Below, one piece after another: positions 1 through 12,680 of a stretch of 64,000 nt of DNA; position 1 is the first letter of the stretch; the number at the start of each line of letters is the position of its first letter. This DNA comes from Diplonema japonicum (taxonomy: Eukaryota; Protista; Euglenozoa: Diplonemea), in NCBI GenBank assembly GCA_964019335.1, contig OZ025662.1:682001-746000 (forward strand). The letters are read 5' to 3'. The notes beneath the pieces are model-generated. The model was given only the letters and a program-made list of their open reading frames with translations. It ran no database searches and had not been told where the DNA came from. The translations under genes were made by a program, and so were the position numbers.

Positions 1-182
1 TCGATGTGTTCCTCTTGAGGTACGAGGGTTTGGAAGAGGCAGTCATGGGCACGCTCGACGAAGCGCACCGAAGTTGTTCGCTCTGCCGAAATGCAACTGC
101 AGAATCAGATATTTTAGATAAGAAATTGCATCGAAAACAGAGCAAATCGAACCGTGTTAAGAAGTCCTGTGCCGTGCAGTGA
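1..182 (+). CDS. 3' end of a gene truncated by the window edge, ending in a CaaX prenylation motif
   Basis: The frame from nt 3 reads DVFLLRYEGLEEAVMGTLDEAH...KKSCAVQ* (TGA 180-182). It has a polybasic stretch plus CAVQ. The first residues resemble the helical repeat of the protein at 4916. Confidence 0.6.
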   Translation, partial: DVFLLRYEGLEEAVMGTLDEAHRSCSLCRNATAESDILDKKLHRKQSKSNRVKKSCAVQ

Positions 183-418
183 CGGTTGGGAAGCTCTTTT
201 TTTTATTTGCTACTATTCTTTTTCTCGCTAGGTTTGTCATTATCTTTTTTTTTTTTTTTTTGGTACCGCCCCCCCTTCCTCATCCTCAATTTTTTCTTTT
301 CTTCCAGGTTTTTTTTATTCCCCTCCCTGCTTCGTCAGAAGGAGAAGAAGAAAAGGAGGAAAGAAAAAAAAGATTTTTTCCCCCCCATATCGCTGTACTG
401 AATCTTTTTTTTTTTTAA

Positions 419-500
419 AGAAAGGGGTAGATAAGTAGAGACAAGGGGGACGTTCCAAGACAGGGACCTCCTTTATCTCATCTCTTTTTTTTTTTTTTTT
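419..500 (+). repeat. Short retroelement 3'-end relic (family C) with T tail
   Basis: AGAAAGGGGTAGATAAGTAGAGACAAGGGGGACGTTCCAAGACAGG(G/A)ACCTCCTTTATCTCATCTCT is near-identical to 10544-10612 and is followed by a T run. Confidence 0.75.
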
Positions 501-3500
501 GGACGGAAGAACAAGGAGCCGAAGCAGTGGAAGCAGCCGGATTCCGACAGTACCTGCACGAAGGAAATATAACAAAAGCCTTCGAGACCCTCTCCCGGTG
601 CACCGAAGACCTCCTCATAGACCAACCAGTGGGGACGCCGGGGAGGGCAGCGTACGTCGGAAGAGGCAAACACACCAGCACAAAGGAGAAGGAAGTGTGT
701 GCAACAACGACGACGGGAACGGTGGGTGCAGCTACAACATGGCAAGCGCGACTGGAAAAGCTGAAGCTCAAGACGCGGACACTGCAACAACAGCTCGAGC
801 AAGCAGTTGAGGACAAGGGACTAAGCAAGCCGACCCTGAACACGATAAGAAACGTGAACAGGGAAGCAAAGGCTCTGGCAGTACCAGCTGAACCGGTGCC
901 GCACGACGCTGTTCTCATAGAGGACATGCTGGCAGCAGCGCTGAACATGGAAGACGCAATGCAGCTGAGGAACGGAAGAAAAGGACCGAGGCGAACACGT
1001 CACGGAGACGAGAATACCTGGCCGAGGTTGCAGCAGGACGCGAGACAACAAGACTGGTAAAAGTCGCGAAAGGCAAACGTCAAAGCGACGGAACCAGGGC
1101 GGTCAAGGAAGGGATGGTGCTCTTTGCGTCCCCCGGACTGATCGACAGCGTCATGCGCAAGGCGTGGAAGACCGTCTTTGCGAAATACGAGTCCCGACCG
1201 GAGCCCCTCTATGCCCCCTTCAAGGCAAAGTACAGCAAGTTCGTGCAACGGCATGAGATGGAGAGGACACAACTGACGTGAGCAAGGCTGAGGGAAGTGC
1301 TCAGAAAGAAAAGCAAGAAAAGCGCGGCAGGCATCGACGGGTGGAGGATGCTAGAGCTACGGAAACTACCAGAGTCAGTACTAGACGCCTGGGCGATGCT
1401 CTTCCATGCGATCGAAGCAACGGGGAGGTGGCCGGAAGCCATGAAAACGGCACTGGTTACCCTCGTACCGAAGTGCGACGATGCGGGACCACTGGAGCAC
1501 AGGCCTATCACAGTCACATCTGCGGTGTACAGACTCTGGGCATGCGCGCGACTGTCTGATATCCTCATCTGGCAGGAGAAATGGATACACGACAAGCAAT
1601 ACGGATTCCGCACTGGTTTCGGGACAGAGGACGCACTTTTGGACCTCGCCCTTGACATCGAAGAATCCATTCTGGAGGGGAAACCGCTAGTCGGGGTGGC
1701 ACTCGACTTTGCGAAATGCTTTGACAGTGTACCGCAACAGCTGGTTCTGGAGCTGGTGGAGAACATGGGCATGGACACAGGCATCCTCAGGGCACTGAAA
1801 GGAATGTACGCAGGCATGCGAAGACTGTTCAGGTACGCAGCAGGCGTGGGGGAGGAGTTCCACACAACCAATGGAATCCTTCAGGGATGCCCGATTTCAG
1901 TGGTACTCATCAACGCGCTGTTGGCGGTACTAATGAAGCAGGTGGAGAACGACACAGGGGTCCGCTCGCTGTCTTACGCGGACGATGCATACCTCTTGGC
2001 ACGGCTCGGTGCGGCGTTGCAGGAAGGCGTAGACGCAGTGGAAGCCTTCTGCAAACAGGTGGGGATGAAGCTCAACACCAGGAAGACGAAGACCTTTGCA
2101 GTGAACAGGAAGACACCGGAGGTGAAGGTGAAAGGCGAGGAACTGCAGCCGACACGGACTGTAGGAGTACTGGGAGCCAAGCTGCGGACAGACGGCAGGC
2201 CGCAAACCAACGGCGACAGGACGGCGGAGGCACTCGGGACGCTGAGCAGGCTGGGAGCAACGCCGTTGTCCTTTCAGCAGAAGGCGAAGATCATCAGCAG
2301 CACGATCCTACCGAGCTGCCTCTACGACTGCCCATTCTCACCGCCGAAAACGGGACAAATGGCCACGCTGGTGAAGGAGACCACGTACGCGCTCTGGGGG
2401 CAGAAGTACTGCACCAGGAACCCAGGCACAGTACTATCCGTGACACTGCCGGGACACACGAGCCACCCACAGATGACAGCCGCATACAGAGCACTTATGC
2501 TCCTATACAGAGCCTGCAAGAAGGACGACAAGCTGTGGACACGCTGCGACGCCATTGCCAAACGGTACAGCGGGAAGAAGATACCGCTGGGACCGGTGGG
2601 CATCATGATGGAAAGGTGGCTGCCTCAGATCAAGTTAAGCTGGGCACAGCTGAAGGACACCCACGCACTGGAAAAGGAGCCCTACAAGCACTACATCAGG
2701 GACCGACTCAGGCGGGCGGAAGCACAGGAAATCATGAGCAAACGGAGCACCATGGGGGGCATGGAAGCTGCGGCAGCAGCGGAGACCAACGCGCTGTGGA
2801 GGAAGCTGGTGGTGACGGACCCGATTGCAGCAAGGGACGTGCGAAGGATCATCTCGGGGGCAGTGTTCTACATCAACCCACGGGGATGGCGCACGGACAC
2901 GGTGGAGCACATCCCGATGGCGGAAGGAGAAGAAGACGAGGATGAAGACGAGGCTGAAGATGAACAAGAAGAAGAAGAAGAGAAAGGACAGGACACCGAA
3001 AAGTGGCTGATTGCGGAGGCGAGGAAGCAAGAAGCTAAGCAGGCCAAACCCACGACGGCACACTGCGACATCTGCGGTCAGGAGCAACAGCTGCCCAACA
3101 TGCTGGAGCACGCACTGTGGGAGTGCGAAAAGGCCAAGGAAGTGCAACAGCGGGAAGAACACGAAGGCATGACGCGCAGGGGGCTGGAACTGTGTACGAA
3201 ACTGCATGGCATCCTGCCAAGGGGAGCAGGGAAGGATGTCAGGGAAAGGCTCGAAGGAACGCAGAGGTACCTGCTGGCGGTGGTGGGGGAGCGGGACGCA
3301 GCCCTACAAGCGAAGAGGCAGGAGGTGTACCACACACACCAGTGGCTGGAGATCACACAAGGTCAAGAACACCCAGTACCGTCGGACAAGGACTTCGGCA
3401 AGCTACCGGCAGGGGATGTCCTACGGGAGTACACGAAGGAGGTGCTGAGGTGGATGCGGCAACTGCGCTGGTATGCAGGCAACAGGAACACGTCAGTGTC

Positions 3501-3959
3501 GACGGTGGAGCTGGCACTGGATTTCGAGAACGTGACCGGGAAGACCCTTGGAGGGAAGCTGGGGGATCTCGCAGAAGTACAGCAGAAAGCGAGGAGATTG
3601 CATGGACTGATGAAGAAGATCTGGCACACATGGGAGCTAGGGAGGGTACTGAAGAAGGTGAAAGGAAGGAGGGCCTTCCCAGCTGAGCCGAGCACAAGGG
3701 TGCACACACTACGATCCATCGGGAGGACAAAGGCGGTGATCGGATGGAACAGGAGGGCGATATTTGCATCACCGAAGACCAAGCATGACCTAGAGGCGTT
3801 GAAAGGACAATGGGCGAGAGAACGAAGAGAAAGAGCGGCCAGGCTGGGGAGAAGGCCGGCAAGACCACCAAAGGAGGAGAAACCGCTGCTGAAAGGGGAT
3901 AGGTGCAGGTAGAAGATGAGAACAAGGGGGCGTCTCACAAAGACTTCCTTTAACTCATA

Positions 3960-3992
<33 letters not shown>
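501..3992 (+). mobile_element. Non-LTR retrotransposon (LINE-like), 5'-truncated and disrupted, bounded by poly(T) tracts
   Basis: GC-rich block between T runs at 485-500 and 3964-3992. It contains an RT ORF, a broken upstream ORF (527-1060) and a short 3' UTR whose sequence recurs at 49007 and 54894. Confidence 0.9.
1297..3912 (+). pseudogene. LINE ORF2-type reverse transcriptase with C-terminal CCHC zinc knuckle; the N-terminal part is disrupted
   Basis: RT motifs AAGIDG, RPITV, QYGFR, LDFAKCFD, GILQGCPIS, YADD and KLN..KT are present, followed by HCDICG...EHALWEC. An in-frame TGA at 1279-1281 and a frame break near 1060-1135 separate it from upstream coding sequence. Confidence 0.88.
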
Positions 3993-4915
3993 CTATCTTC
4001 GTTGACGAATTTGGTGAAGTCTCTGCTCTCAGGCCCACCTTAATTTTTTTTTCTCCCCCTCTTTCCCCCTTTTCCTGCGACTATGGAAGTTTTTTTTTTT
4101 TTAAGGGGCAGCAGGACCACAAGGCCTTCGGGTCTAGGTCCCAGGTGCATGACGACACCTCCCACTACGCGAGTCAGTGTGACGGCGGTGGGGTAAGGGA
4201 CATCTTACCTCTCCTTAACAGAGTTCACTCTTCTTTTGTTTAAACGGAATACAGAGAAACTTTTTCTAACTAATCTATTTTTTTTTTCTTTATTCCAATA
4301 AAGGAAGCGTTTACGCAGCGCTTTCGTGAAAATATATAAAGAAAGGGGGGAACAATAAAAAAAAAAAGAAAAGAGAACGAAAAGGGAAATTGAAAAATAT
4401 AATTAAAAAGAAGAATAGAAAGGTGGGTTGAAGGGGGAGGAGGGGAAAAGAAATAGATTTCTTTATTAAGAAAATCTTTTCTTTCCCCCTACCCCCCCCC
4501 CTTTCTTTATCTCCATTTTTTTCTTGTTGTGTTACTTTTTCTAAGAAATAGAAGAGAGAATATGAGAAAAAAAAGAAAAGGAGAAGGGAAAAAAAAAGAA
4601 TAAATACTAAAAAAAGAAAAACAGCGATCAAAGAAAAAAGAGCAAAAAAAAAAAAAGAAAAAAGAAAAAAAGAAGAAGTGAGAAGCGAATGAAAATAGGG
4701 AACCGAAAACACTTCTTTTTTTTTCTTCTTCTTTTTTTTTGTAAAAAAAAGAAAAGGTTTTTTTTTTTTTTTTTCCCGTCTCTCTAGGTCCATTTTTTTT
4801 TTTAATTTATGTTTTTTTATTTCTTTCCCTCCCCTTCCATACCCCCTCTCTCTTCCTTCGCCACGCTCATGATAATTCTTCAAAGAGTTACATTTCGACA
4901 GGGCCACATGATGAT

Positions 4916-7900
4916 ATGACCGATAGCTTAGATGCCAAGAACCTGCCTAACCCTTGGGTGTGCCATGACGGTACGGTATACACACCAACGCAAGAGGGGC
5001 TGAACTTTTATTACACGTTATGGGGGTCCACTCTCCCGCAATACAGGTGGGATGTTTCAAACATAGGAGATGAAAGGGTGGTTTTGGTAAACGCCGTGAC
5101 TCATGAAAGGGTGACCACTCTGCCCGGGGTGGCAGAACCAGACCGACCCTTAAAGGTCGACCCCGTCAACAGGCTGATGCTCGAAGGTTTTTACAAACAG
5201 TACCAGGAACAGAATTTGGACGATGTCACAAAGCTACTCGTGCACTACTACGGCAACGAGGAGAAATTGTTCATGAACCTGTACAGGACATTCGACGCGG
5301 CCGTGTGGCCAGTTCACTACCAGCTGTTGTGGGTCTACGCACGACACGCACCAACAAAGATACAAAACGTCCCCGACTTGGTGCGAAAGTACGAGGGGAA
5401 CTATGCAGAGCTGTTGAAGAAGCTCAGCGACATGTACTGCAACGGCGTACCGATTCAAACACCCAAACCCATGTCGGACGACGGGGAATACAGGAAACGT
5501 TTAGTCGCATTCTATGAGGTGACGGGCCCTGACAAGCTGCAGGAGGTTGACGACATCATGAGCCATTACTCCACTCGGCTGGACGATCTAATGCTGATCC
5601 TCGCCACGTCGTACCCAGAGCACGCGCAGCTCCTGCTCCCCGACGAGAAGTACCAAGAGATCCAAGCCTTGCAAACCGCGCCGTTCTTCAACGAGATCAA
5701 AAAGTTCTACACCCAGTACTGCATGGACAAGCTGAACACCCTTCCCGAGGCCATGACCGCCGCCAAGGGGCAAGAGGAGGCCTTTTTAAAATCTCTCTAC
5801 GCATCCGTGAACGTAACTTATTACTGCCTGGACGAGATCAAGGCGAACCCGTATTACCAGCAGATTGTGGACTTCTACCAGACGTATAACCCTGAAAAGA
5901 TCAGCGACATACCTGACATTCTGAACAGCTACTGGGGCAGGGAGGAGGCGCTCATGAAGGATCTTAAGGCAAATTACAAGGTCGCCGACACGACCCCTGC
6001 GGCACCCCCCACAGCTACAGTGAACCCATACCAACAGAAGGTGCACGATTTTTACCAGAAGCACAACCCTGCCAAACTCGGGGAGGTGCAGAACATCCTC
6101 GCCACCTATAAAGGAAAAGAAGAAGAGCTTCTGCGCACCCTTCACCAGAGGTACGACGTCCCTTACCCGCCTGCAGAGCCCGCGCAAGTTGCTCAAGATG
6201 AAAACCCGTTTAAGGAGAAGGTCCGTAATTTCTACCAAGAGCATAACCCCAGCAAACTAGGGGACGTGGACAACATCCTCCTCACCTACAAGGGAAGGGA
6301 AGAGGAGCTGTTGAAAAACCTTCACGCTAGATACAATGTAACTTATCCTCCAGAAGGTAGCGAGGATCAACAGCCCGTGTCTGCTGCCACGCCTGCATCC
6401 CCAGCGTCCGTTGCTTCAAACGAGAACCCACACAAGCAGAAGCTTGTCGACTTCTTCACCAAGCATAACCCTGAGAAGCTCAAAGATGTGGATCAGATAC
6501 TGGCCTCGTACTCGGGGAAGGAAGATGTGATGATGAAGGCGCTACACGCGAGGTACCAGGTCAAGGAGCAGGAGGAAAACCCTGAACAGCCGGCATCTCA
6601 GGTCGAGAATCCTTATCGTCAGAAGGTTCATGAGTTCTATCAGCAACATAACCCAAACAAGTTGGGGGATGTGGATAACATTCTCAACACCTACAAAGGA
6701 AGAGAGGAAGAACTGCTGAAGAGCCTCCATGGGAGGTACAATGTACCTTACCCACCTGTAGAGAAGAAGGAGCCTGAGCAACCCCAGTCTCCGACGACGC
6801 CAGCATCCCCTACCTCTGAGTCGCCCTTCAAGCAGAGGCTTGTCGATTTCTTCACCAAACACAACCCTGACAAGGTTAAAGACGCAGATCAGATTCTAGC
6901 TGCTTACAAAGGGAAAGAAGAAGAATTGATGAAGACGCTTCATGAGAGGTACCAGGCTCCTTCTTCGCCAATAGAAAGCGCACCATCCGAGCTAGCCTCC
7001 TCTGACAACCCTTACCGCCAGAAGGTGCACGACTTCTACCAGAAGTACAACTCCAGCAAGTTAGGGGATGTAGGAACTATTCTGGCCGCTTATAAGGGAC
7101 GAGAGGAAGAGTTGTTGAGAAGCCTTCACGCAAGGTACAACGTCCCTTATTCGCCTACTGGTGAGAAACAAGAGCAGCCCCAGTCTCCAGCTGCAGCACC
7201 TACATCTCCCACACCCGATGAGTCGCCCTTCAAGCAGAGGCTTGTCGACTTCTTCACCGAACACAACCCTGACAAGGTTAAAGACGCAGACCGGGTTCTA
7301 GCTGCTTACAAAGGGAAAGAAGAAGAATTGATGAAGACGCTTCATGAGAGGTACCAGGTGCCGTATCCATCTGAAGAAACGGCTGAAGGTACGGTTACAG
7401 AAGAAACACAGCCCTCGCAAACAGAGAATGTCACACCCGCCGTGCCTACATCCCCAGCTCCTGAAGAGTCACCCTTCAAGCAGAGGCTTGTTGATTTTTT
7501 CACCAGCCACAATCCTGGCAAGGTGAAGGATGTAGACCAGATACTAGCCACGTATAACGGAAAAGAAGAAGAACTGATGAAAACGCTTCATGAGAGGTAC
7601 CAGGTCCGTAGTGAGCCAGTGGAAGAACAGGTTCCGTCTTCGTCAGCCCAGGAAGAACAGCCGCCTTCACAGGGTGAGAACCCATACCGCCAGAAAGTGC
7701 ATGACTTCTACCAGCAGTATAATCCCGGGAAGGTAGGTGATGTGGACACAATTCTGAACACATACAATGGGAGAGAGGAAGAGCTGTTGAGGAACCTACA
7801 CACAAGGTACAACGTGCCGTACCCGCATGAGAACAGCGAAAGTCAGAATCGGGCTGAAAGTCCCCAGGAACTAGCAACTGAGGAGCCCACTTCCCCTGCC

Positions 7901-7949
7901 ACACCTCAGCCGCCAGCTGCTGTAGCTGCTGCAGAGCAAGCCTCGTCAC
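4916..7949 (+). CDS. Large protein with tandem ~40-aa helical repeats (N-terminal part, runs into an assembly gap)
   Basis: About 14 copies of a consensus like YRQKVHDFYQKHNPxKLGDVDxILxxYKGREEELLxxLHxRY, separated by P/S/E/Q-rich linkers. Confidence 0.85.
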
Positions 7950-8149
7950 NNNNNNNNNNNNNNNNNNNNNNNNNNNNNNNNNNNNNNNNNNNNNNNNNNN
8001 NNNNNNNNNNNNNNNNNNNNNNNNNNNNNNNNNNNNNNNNNNNNNNNNNNNNNNNNNNNNNNNNNNNNNNNNNNNNNNNNNNNNNNNNNNNNNNNNNNNN
8101 NNNNNNNNNNNNNNNNNNNNNNNNNNNNNNNNNNNNNNNNNNNNNNNNN
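7950..8149. other. Assembly gap (200 N)
   Basis: Run of N inside the repeat gene. Confidence 0.99.
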
Positions 8150-8187
8150 GGTGGTATGCACTTGAACATGTAGTACATTTATTACAG

Positions 8188-10280
8188 GTATTCACGAAGG
8201 AAGGTGATCAACCAAGTGAGACGTGGGCGGCGATTGCAGGAAACGACCGTGTTGTGAGGTACGTGCCTGTGAACGAGACGATGCAGGCAGGGTACCCCTC
8301 TATACAAGGGAAGAAGACAGTGCGGATAGCGCAGACCCGCGACTACGGGGTGAACGTGATGCATGAGGTGAAGGACAAGGGAACGAGCACTGTCGCCGAG
8401 GTGATGGATCGCAACGTGGGCACAGCAGAAGTGACGACAACAGACAAGTCTACTACTGTTGAGTTCATGCTGGACACGATTGATGCCTACCCGAGCATCC
8501 CGCAAGACTCGGTTGAGATTGGGCAGCAGCTACTGGATGCCAAGGCCGAGATACTGGCGTTGAAAAGGACAGAGAAAGACACACAGGTGCAAGTGCAGCA
8601 CATGCGGCAGAAGATGGCGGACATCATGGGTGTCGTGGAGACGAGAGCACGCCTCGCCGACCCGCGTGCGGGTGTTGCGCAGGAGATCTACAGCGAGCTA
8701 CGAAAGCTAAACAAAGACGAGTCACTACACCGTGCAAGGACGCAGGACGCGGAGAAAATCATGAAGCTGAACACAGTCCTGTACAGCAAGGCGAAGGAGG
8801 AGTCCACGAAACTTACAGACGACCTGAAAGCCAGCCGGAACAGGGAGAGGAAACTGTTGAAAGAGATCGCTACACTGAAGAAAGAGCTGGCGGGCACACG
8901 GGAAGCGCAGGTGGCAGCGCTGAAAGAGGTCAGCTACGCACTCACACCTGATGACAAGCTGTACTCATTAAAGAAGGAGATCGAGAAGAGAGATGACCTA
9001 CTGTGGAAGCTTTCACAAGACGCGATGAGTGCAAGGTGGTCGGACACGGAGCGGTGCCTTGGTGTGTCCGAGAGTCTGCCTTCTATGCCGAGAGAACTCA
9101 CACCTCCCGAGGCAGTTCCCATTCCTAGCATGCCTGTTTGCGTCGACAGGTGTGTGCAGACGACGCCACAAGAAACACCCGATCCTGTGACGGTATCCGT
9201 TCCGGCACCGCCCTCGGATGACTTGTACACGGACTCCTCACTGTGGAAGAGGGTGCATGGATTCATGAAAGAGCACAACTCGGAGAAAGCTGGATCAGTG
9301 ACAGACATTGTGAAGAAGTACTGGGGCAGGGACGAGGAACTGATGAAGTCGCTGTACAAGAGGTACTCCGTGCCGTACAAGTCTGCTGGCAGCATCCAAG
9401 AGGCGCGCCCTGTGTATTACAAGAAGGTACTGACTGACCTGTACAAGAAACGGAACCCCGAGAAACTGGAGAAAGTCTCGGGTATACTGCAAACCTACAG
9501 CGGGAAAGAGAAGACGATGGTAGACAAGCTAGGGCAGACCTACGGGGTACGGATACCTTCTTTGGAGGAGGTGCGTGAGCATGCAGGGTGGGGGCTCGGG
9601 GTGGCTGTGCTGCAGCGGTACGACCAGGATAACATATTCAAGGTGGACGCGCTGGTGGGGGAGAATATCGGAAAGACCATTGAGCAGTTCAAGGCAGTGC
9701 TGGAGAGCACATATGGGCCTCTGGAAGAAGTGCAATGGGAAACGGTAAAGGCGGAGAAGCCAGAAGTTACGACCGCGACACAGGGAACAGGCCCCGGAAC
9801 GGTGGATGTGGAAGACACCTTACGGGAGCTAGGTGCGCTGAAAATGGAAAGGGAACACGACAGTGAGTACAGAGAAGAACAGGAAGAAGAGCTGCGGGTA
9901 TGGAAAAGAAAAAAAGAAAAGAATAAAAAAAACCTCAGGCATGCAGACTGCGTGTCGCGGAACTTGAGGAAATCGGACGGTGCAGGGATGACGAGATGAA
10001 CAGTGTGCTAACAGACGTTGAAGGGTACAAGCAATGTGAGGTGATCCATAATTGTGCCGTGACTCTCTATGCAGCTGCTCTTTCTGTATCAGCGGTCCAA
10101 GGTGCCAGGCCACCCGTGAAGCGCCATGCTGCCTTCTCCCCTCAAAAAGCCAAAGCAGCTAAAAACTCCTCGACCACTACCCGTTCTTCGCCTACCACAG
10201 CCGTGTCGCCGTACAACGCAGCTTTGGAGTCCTTCCATCGCCTTAAAGCCCTTGAAAAGATGAGCAAGGTTGTTGGGTAG
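8188..10280 (+). CDS. Probable C-terminal part of the same repeat protein (coiled coil plus 2-3 further repeats); 3' end uncertain
   Basis: ORF 8254-9999 has coiled-coil heptads and the repeats LWKRVHGFMKEHNSEK and YYKKVLTDLYKKRNPEK. An intron at 9898-9938 (GTATGG..CTCAG) joins it in frame to ORF 9996-10280. Confidence 0.65.
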
Positions 10281-10543
10281 GAAGAGACGTTGAATTGTTT
10301 ATTTCCCACATTCTGTTCTTTGTTTTTTTTTCTACTTTGTAAGGGAGTGTCAAAAATAGACCCCCCGTCACCCCCTCTAAGGGTGGTGGGATTTGTCTTT
10401 CTATTTTTTTTTTTTTTTTTTTTTTTAAGCATCCCCTGCACTCCCCCGCTGTGTTTCCCTCCCCTGTTAATGTAACCCCTCATCCCTCTTCTCATAGTAC
10501 CCCATGTTCTTTTCCCTTTTTTTTTTGTTTGGCCCCAGAAGGG

Positions 10544-10612
10544 AGAAAGGGGTAGATAAGTAGAGACAAGGGGGACGTTCCAAGACAGGAACCTCCTTTA
10601 TCTCATCTCTTT
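10544..10612 (+). repeat. Second copy of retroelement 3'-end relic, family C
   Basis: One mismatch to 419-484 over about 65 nt; followed by T-rich sequence. Confidence 0.75.
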
Positions 10613-11250
10613 GTTTTTGTTCATTTGGATGTTAGAAAGCGTTTTCTTTTTCATTCTTTTAAGCCACTAAGCCCACATGCTAAAAACCGGGGGGAAATGG
10701 CAGCATTTAATCATACAAAAGTGTTCTTTTTATGGAAAAGTGACTTCTGGAGACATTCAGGTATCAGGATTCCCCTGAACTGGCTTTTTACCTTATGATT
10801 TTTGACCCAACACCCTGTTTGGTAAAGGGGAACAAACCCCATATAACACTGTTCTAGCCCAGATTTAGCTTGCGTTTCACACCTTTGGCCAGTGGAGGGA
10901 GTCCGCTCGAGGGGGACCACTTTCGTCGCATTCTTCATCGCTCACGACCCTCTGCCCAGTCGAGTATTCCTCATTATCACCGGATTTTAGACCTCAAATC
11001 CTGGCAATTAGCCAAACAAAGTTCAAAAGAAATCGCGCAATGGTGCCTTAAAAAGAGAATGGCTGGTCGCAATTTGACCAAAACGTATTTTTTTTTTTCT
11101 CTCCATAAATATGACATGGTTAAAGCAAAAGAAAATGAGCAAAAAATACAAAAAAAAAGGGGGGGGGGAAGAAAAGGCGTGGTGGGGAAAAGAGGGCAAA
11201 GAAAAAAAAAAAAAAAAAAAAAGAAAGAAATAAAAAGGGAAAAAAGAAAT

Positions 11251-12058
11251 ATGCAGGCCAGCCAGCCGATCGGTATAACGGGGTCAGCTGGGATGAAGAC
11301 CCACGACAACGGCCTGACGGGGACAAGCCCAACGCAGAGAAAGTTTCTAGACATAGTAGACCTGTCCAGCAACGGGTACGAGGTCATGATTGCTGAAGAC
11401 GACGTGCATGAGATCTACGTAAAACTGCACCTCGACACAGTGAAGCACCCCCAGTTGAACGTGAGCAAGGAACTGTGCCCATACTTGGGGGGCGTATGGT
11501 GGCTGCACATCGAGCTCCCTGAGAGGTACCCTCAGGCAAGCCCCTCTGTCGGCTTCGTCAACCGTATATTCCACCCCAATGTGGAAGAGCAATCAGGTTC
11601 CATCTGCCTAGATGTGCTCAATCAGACGTGGTCTCCGATGTTCACGTTGACACACACACTTTCAAACTTCCTAACACAGCTGCTCCAGTACCCCAACCCG
11701 CATGATCCGATGAACGGGGAAGCAGCTGCGCTTTTGATCCAGTCTGAGGAACGATTTAAGGAGAAGGTACAGACCCACACAAAAACCCACGCTACCGAAG
11801 AGAAAGCCGCAGCAGCTATTGCCGCTGAGACCCATGGGAGAGAGTTCTACACTCCAGAGGTAAGAGGGAAGAAGAAGGCTCCTGCTGCCTCACCCGTCAC
11901 GCCATCATGCGACTCCCTGAACCTTGGAACCCCAGGAACTGAGGGAAGCAGCCATGAACAAGTATGGGGGAAAAAAATGGGGGGGGAAATATAAAGAAAA
12001 CACGTAGAAACGGGAAGAAGATGAAGTCAGCTCTGCGTCCGATATAGACCTCGACTGA
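11251..12058 (+). CDS. UBC8: Ubiquitin-conjugating enzyme E2, UBE2H/Ubc8-like
   Basis: PYLGGVWWLHIELPERYP and FHPNVEEQSGSICLDVLNQTWSP with the catalytic Cys, plus YPNPHDPMNGEAA. An intron at 11962-12007 gives the acidic tail KREEDEVSSASDIDLD*. Confidence 0.88.
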
Positions 12059-12680
12059 GGTGGAGGAGTGAAAGAAGAGCGGGGCGGGGAGGGAGGTTTT
12101 CCCCACCCGCCTGCCCCCCTTTTTTTTGTGTTTTATTTGTTTCATTTTGTTCCATAAAACGAAAGAAGAATGAGATTTTTTTTTTGTCCTGTCCGCATTT
12201 TTTAGTGTGCGCTCTTCCTGCGTTCCGAGGAACACGGTGTCGGGGAGGCGAAGAGAAGAAAAAAGAAAAGGGAAGAAAAAAAAATAATATAAAAAAAGGG
12301 GGAAGAAAAAAAAAAAGAATCGCCGATGGTTTTACCCTGTTTTACCCTCCTAGGAAAGAACAAGAAACACGAAGGGGAAGGGGGACAAATACTCGAGCAT
12401 TTTTTTTTTCTTCCTAGAAAAAAAAAAAAAGAAAAGAAAAAGAAAAACAAAAAAGAAAATACACACCCACAAGAAAAAAGAAGAAAAACAAAAAAGAAAA
12501 GAAAGCACGCACTACCTATCTCTATACCTTACCCAAAAAGAAAAGGAAAAAAAAAAGAAAAAACACTTTCTTGCTGTCTATATCTACTCCCCCTTTTATT
12601 TTATATTGGTATTCAGTGCAGTGCTTTTTCTTCTTTTTTCTCTCTCTCCCCCCTCCCCCCTTTGATTCACCACTTCAGGC

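Noticed and set aside
1279-1281. In-frame TGA upstream of the RT ORF as possible Sec or programmed read-through
   Set aside because: No redox motif or SECIS, and a further frame break lies at about 1060-1135. Simple decay (for example GGA to TGA) is more parsimonious.
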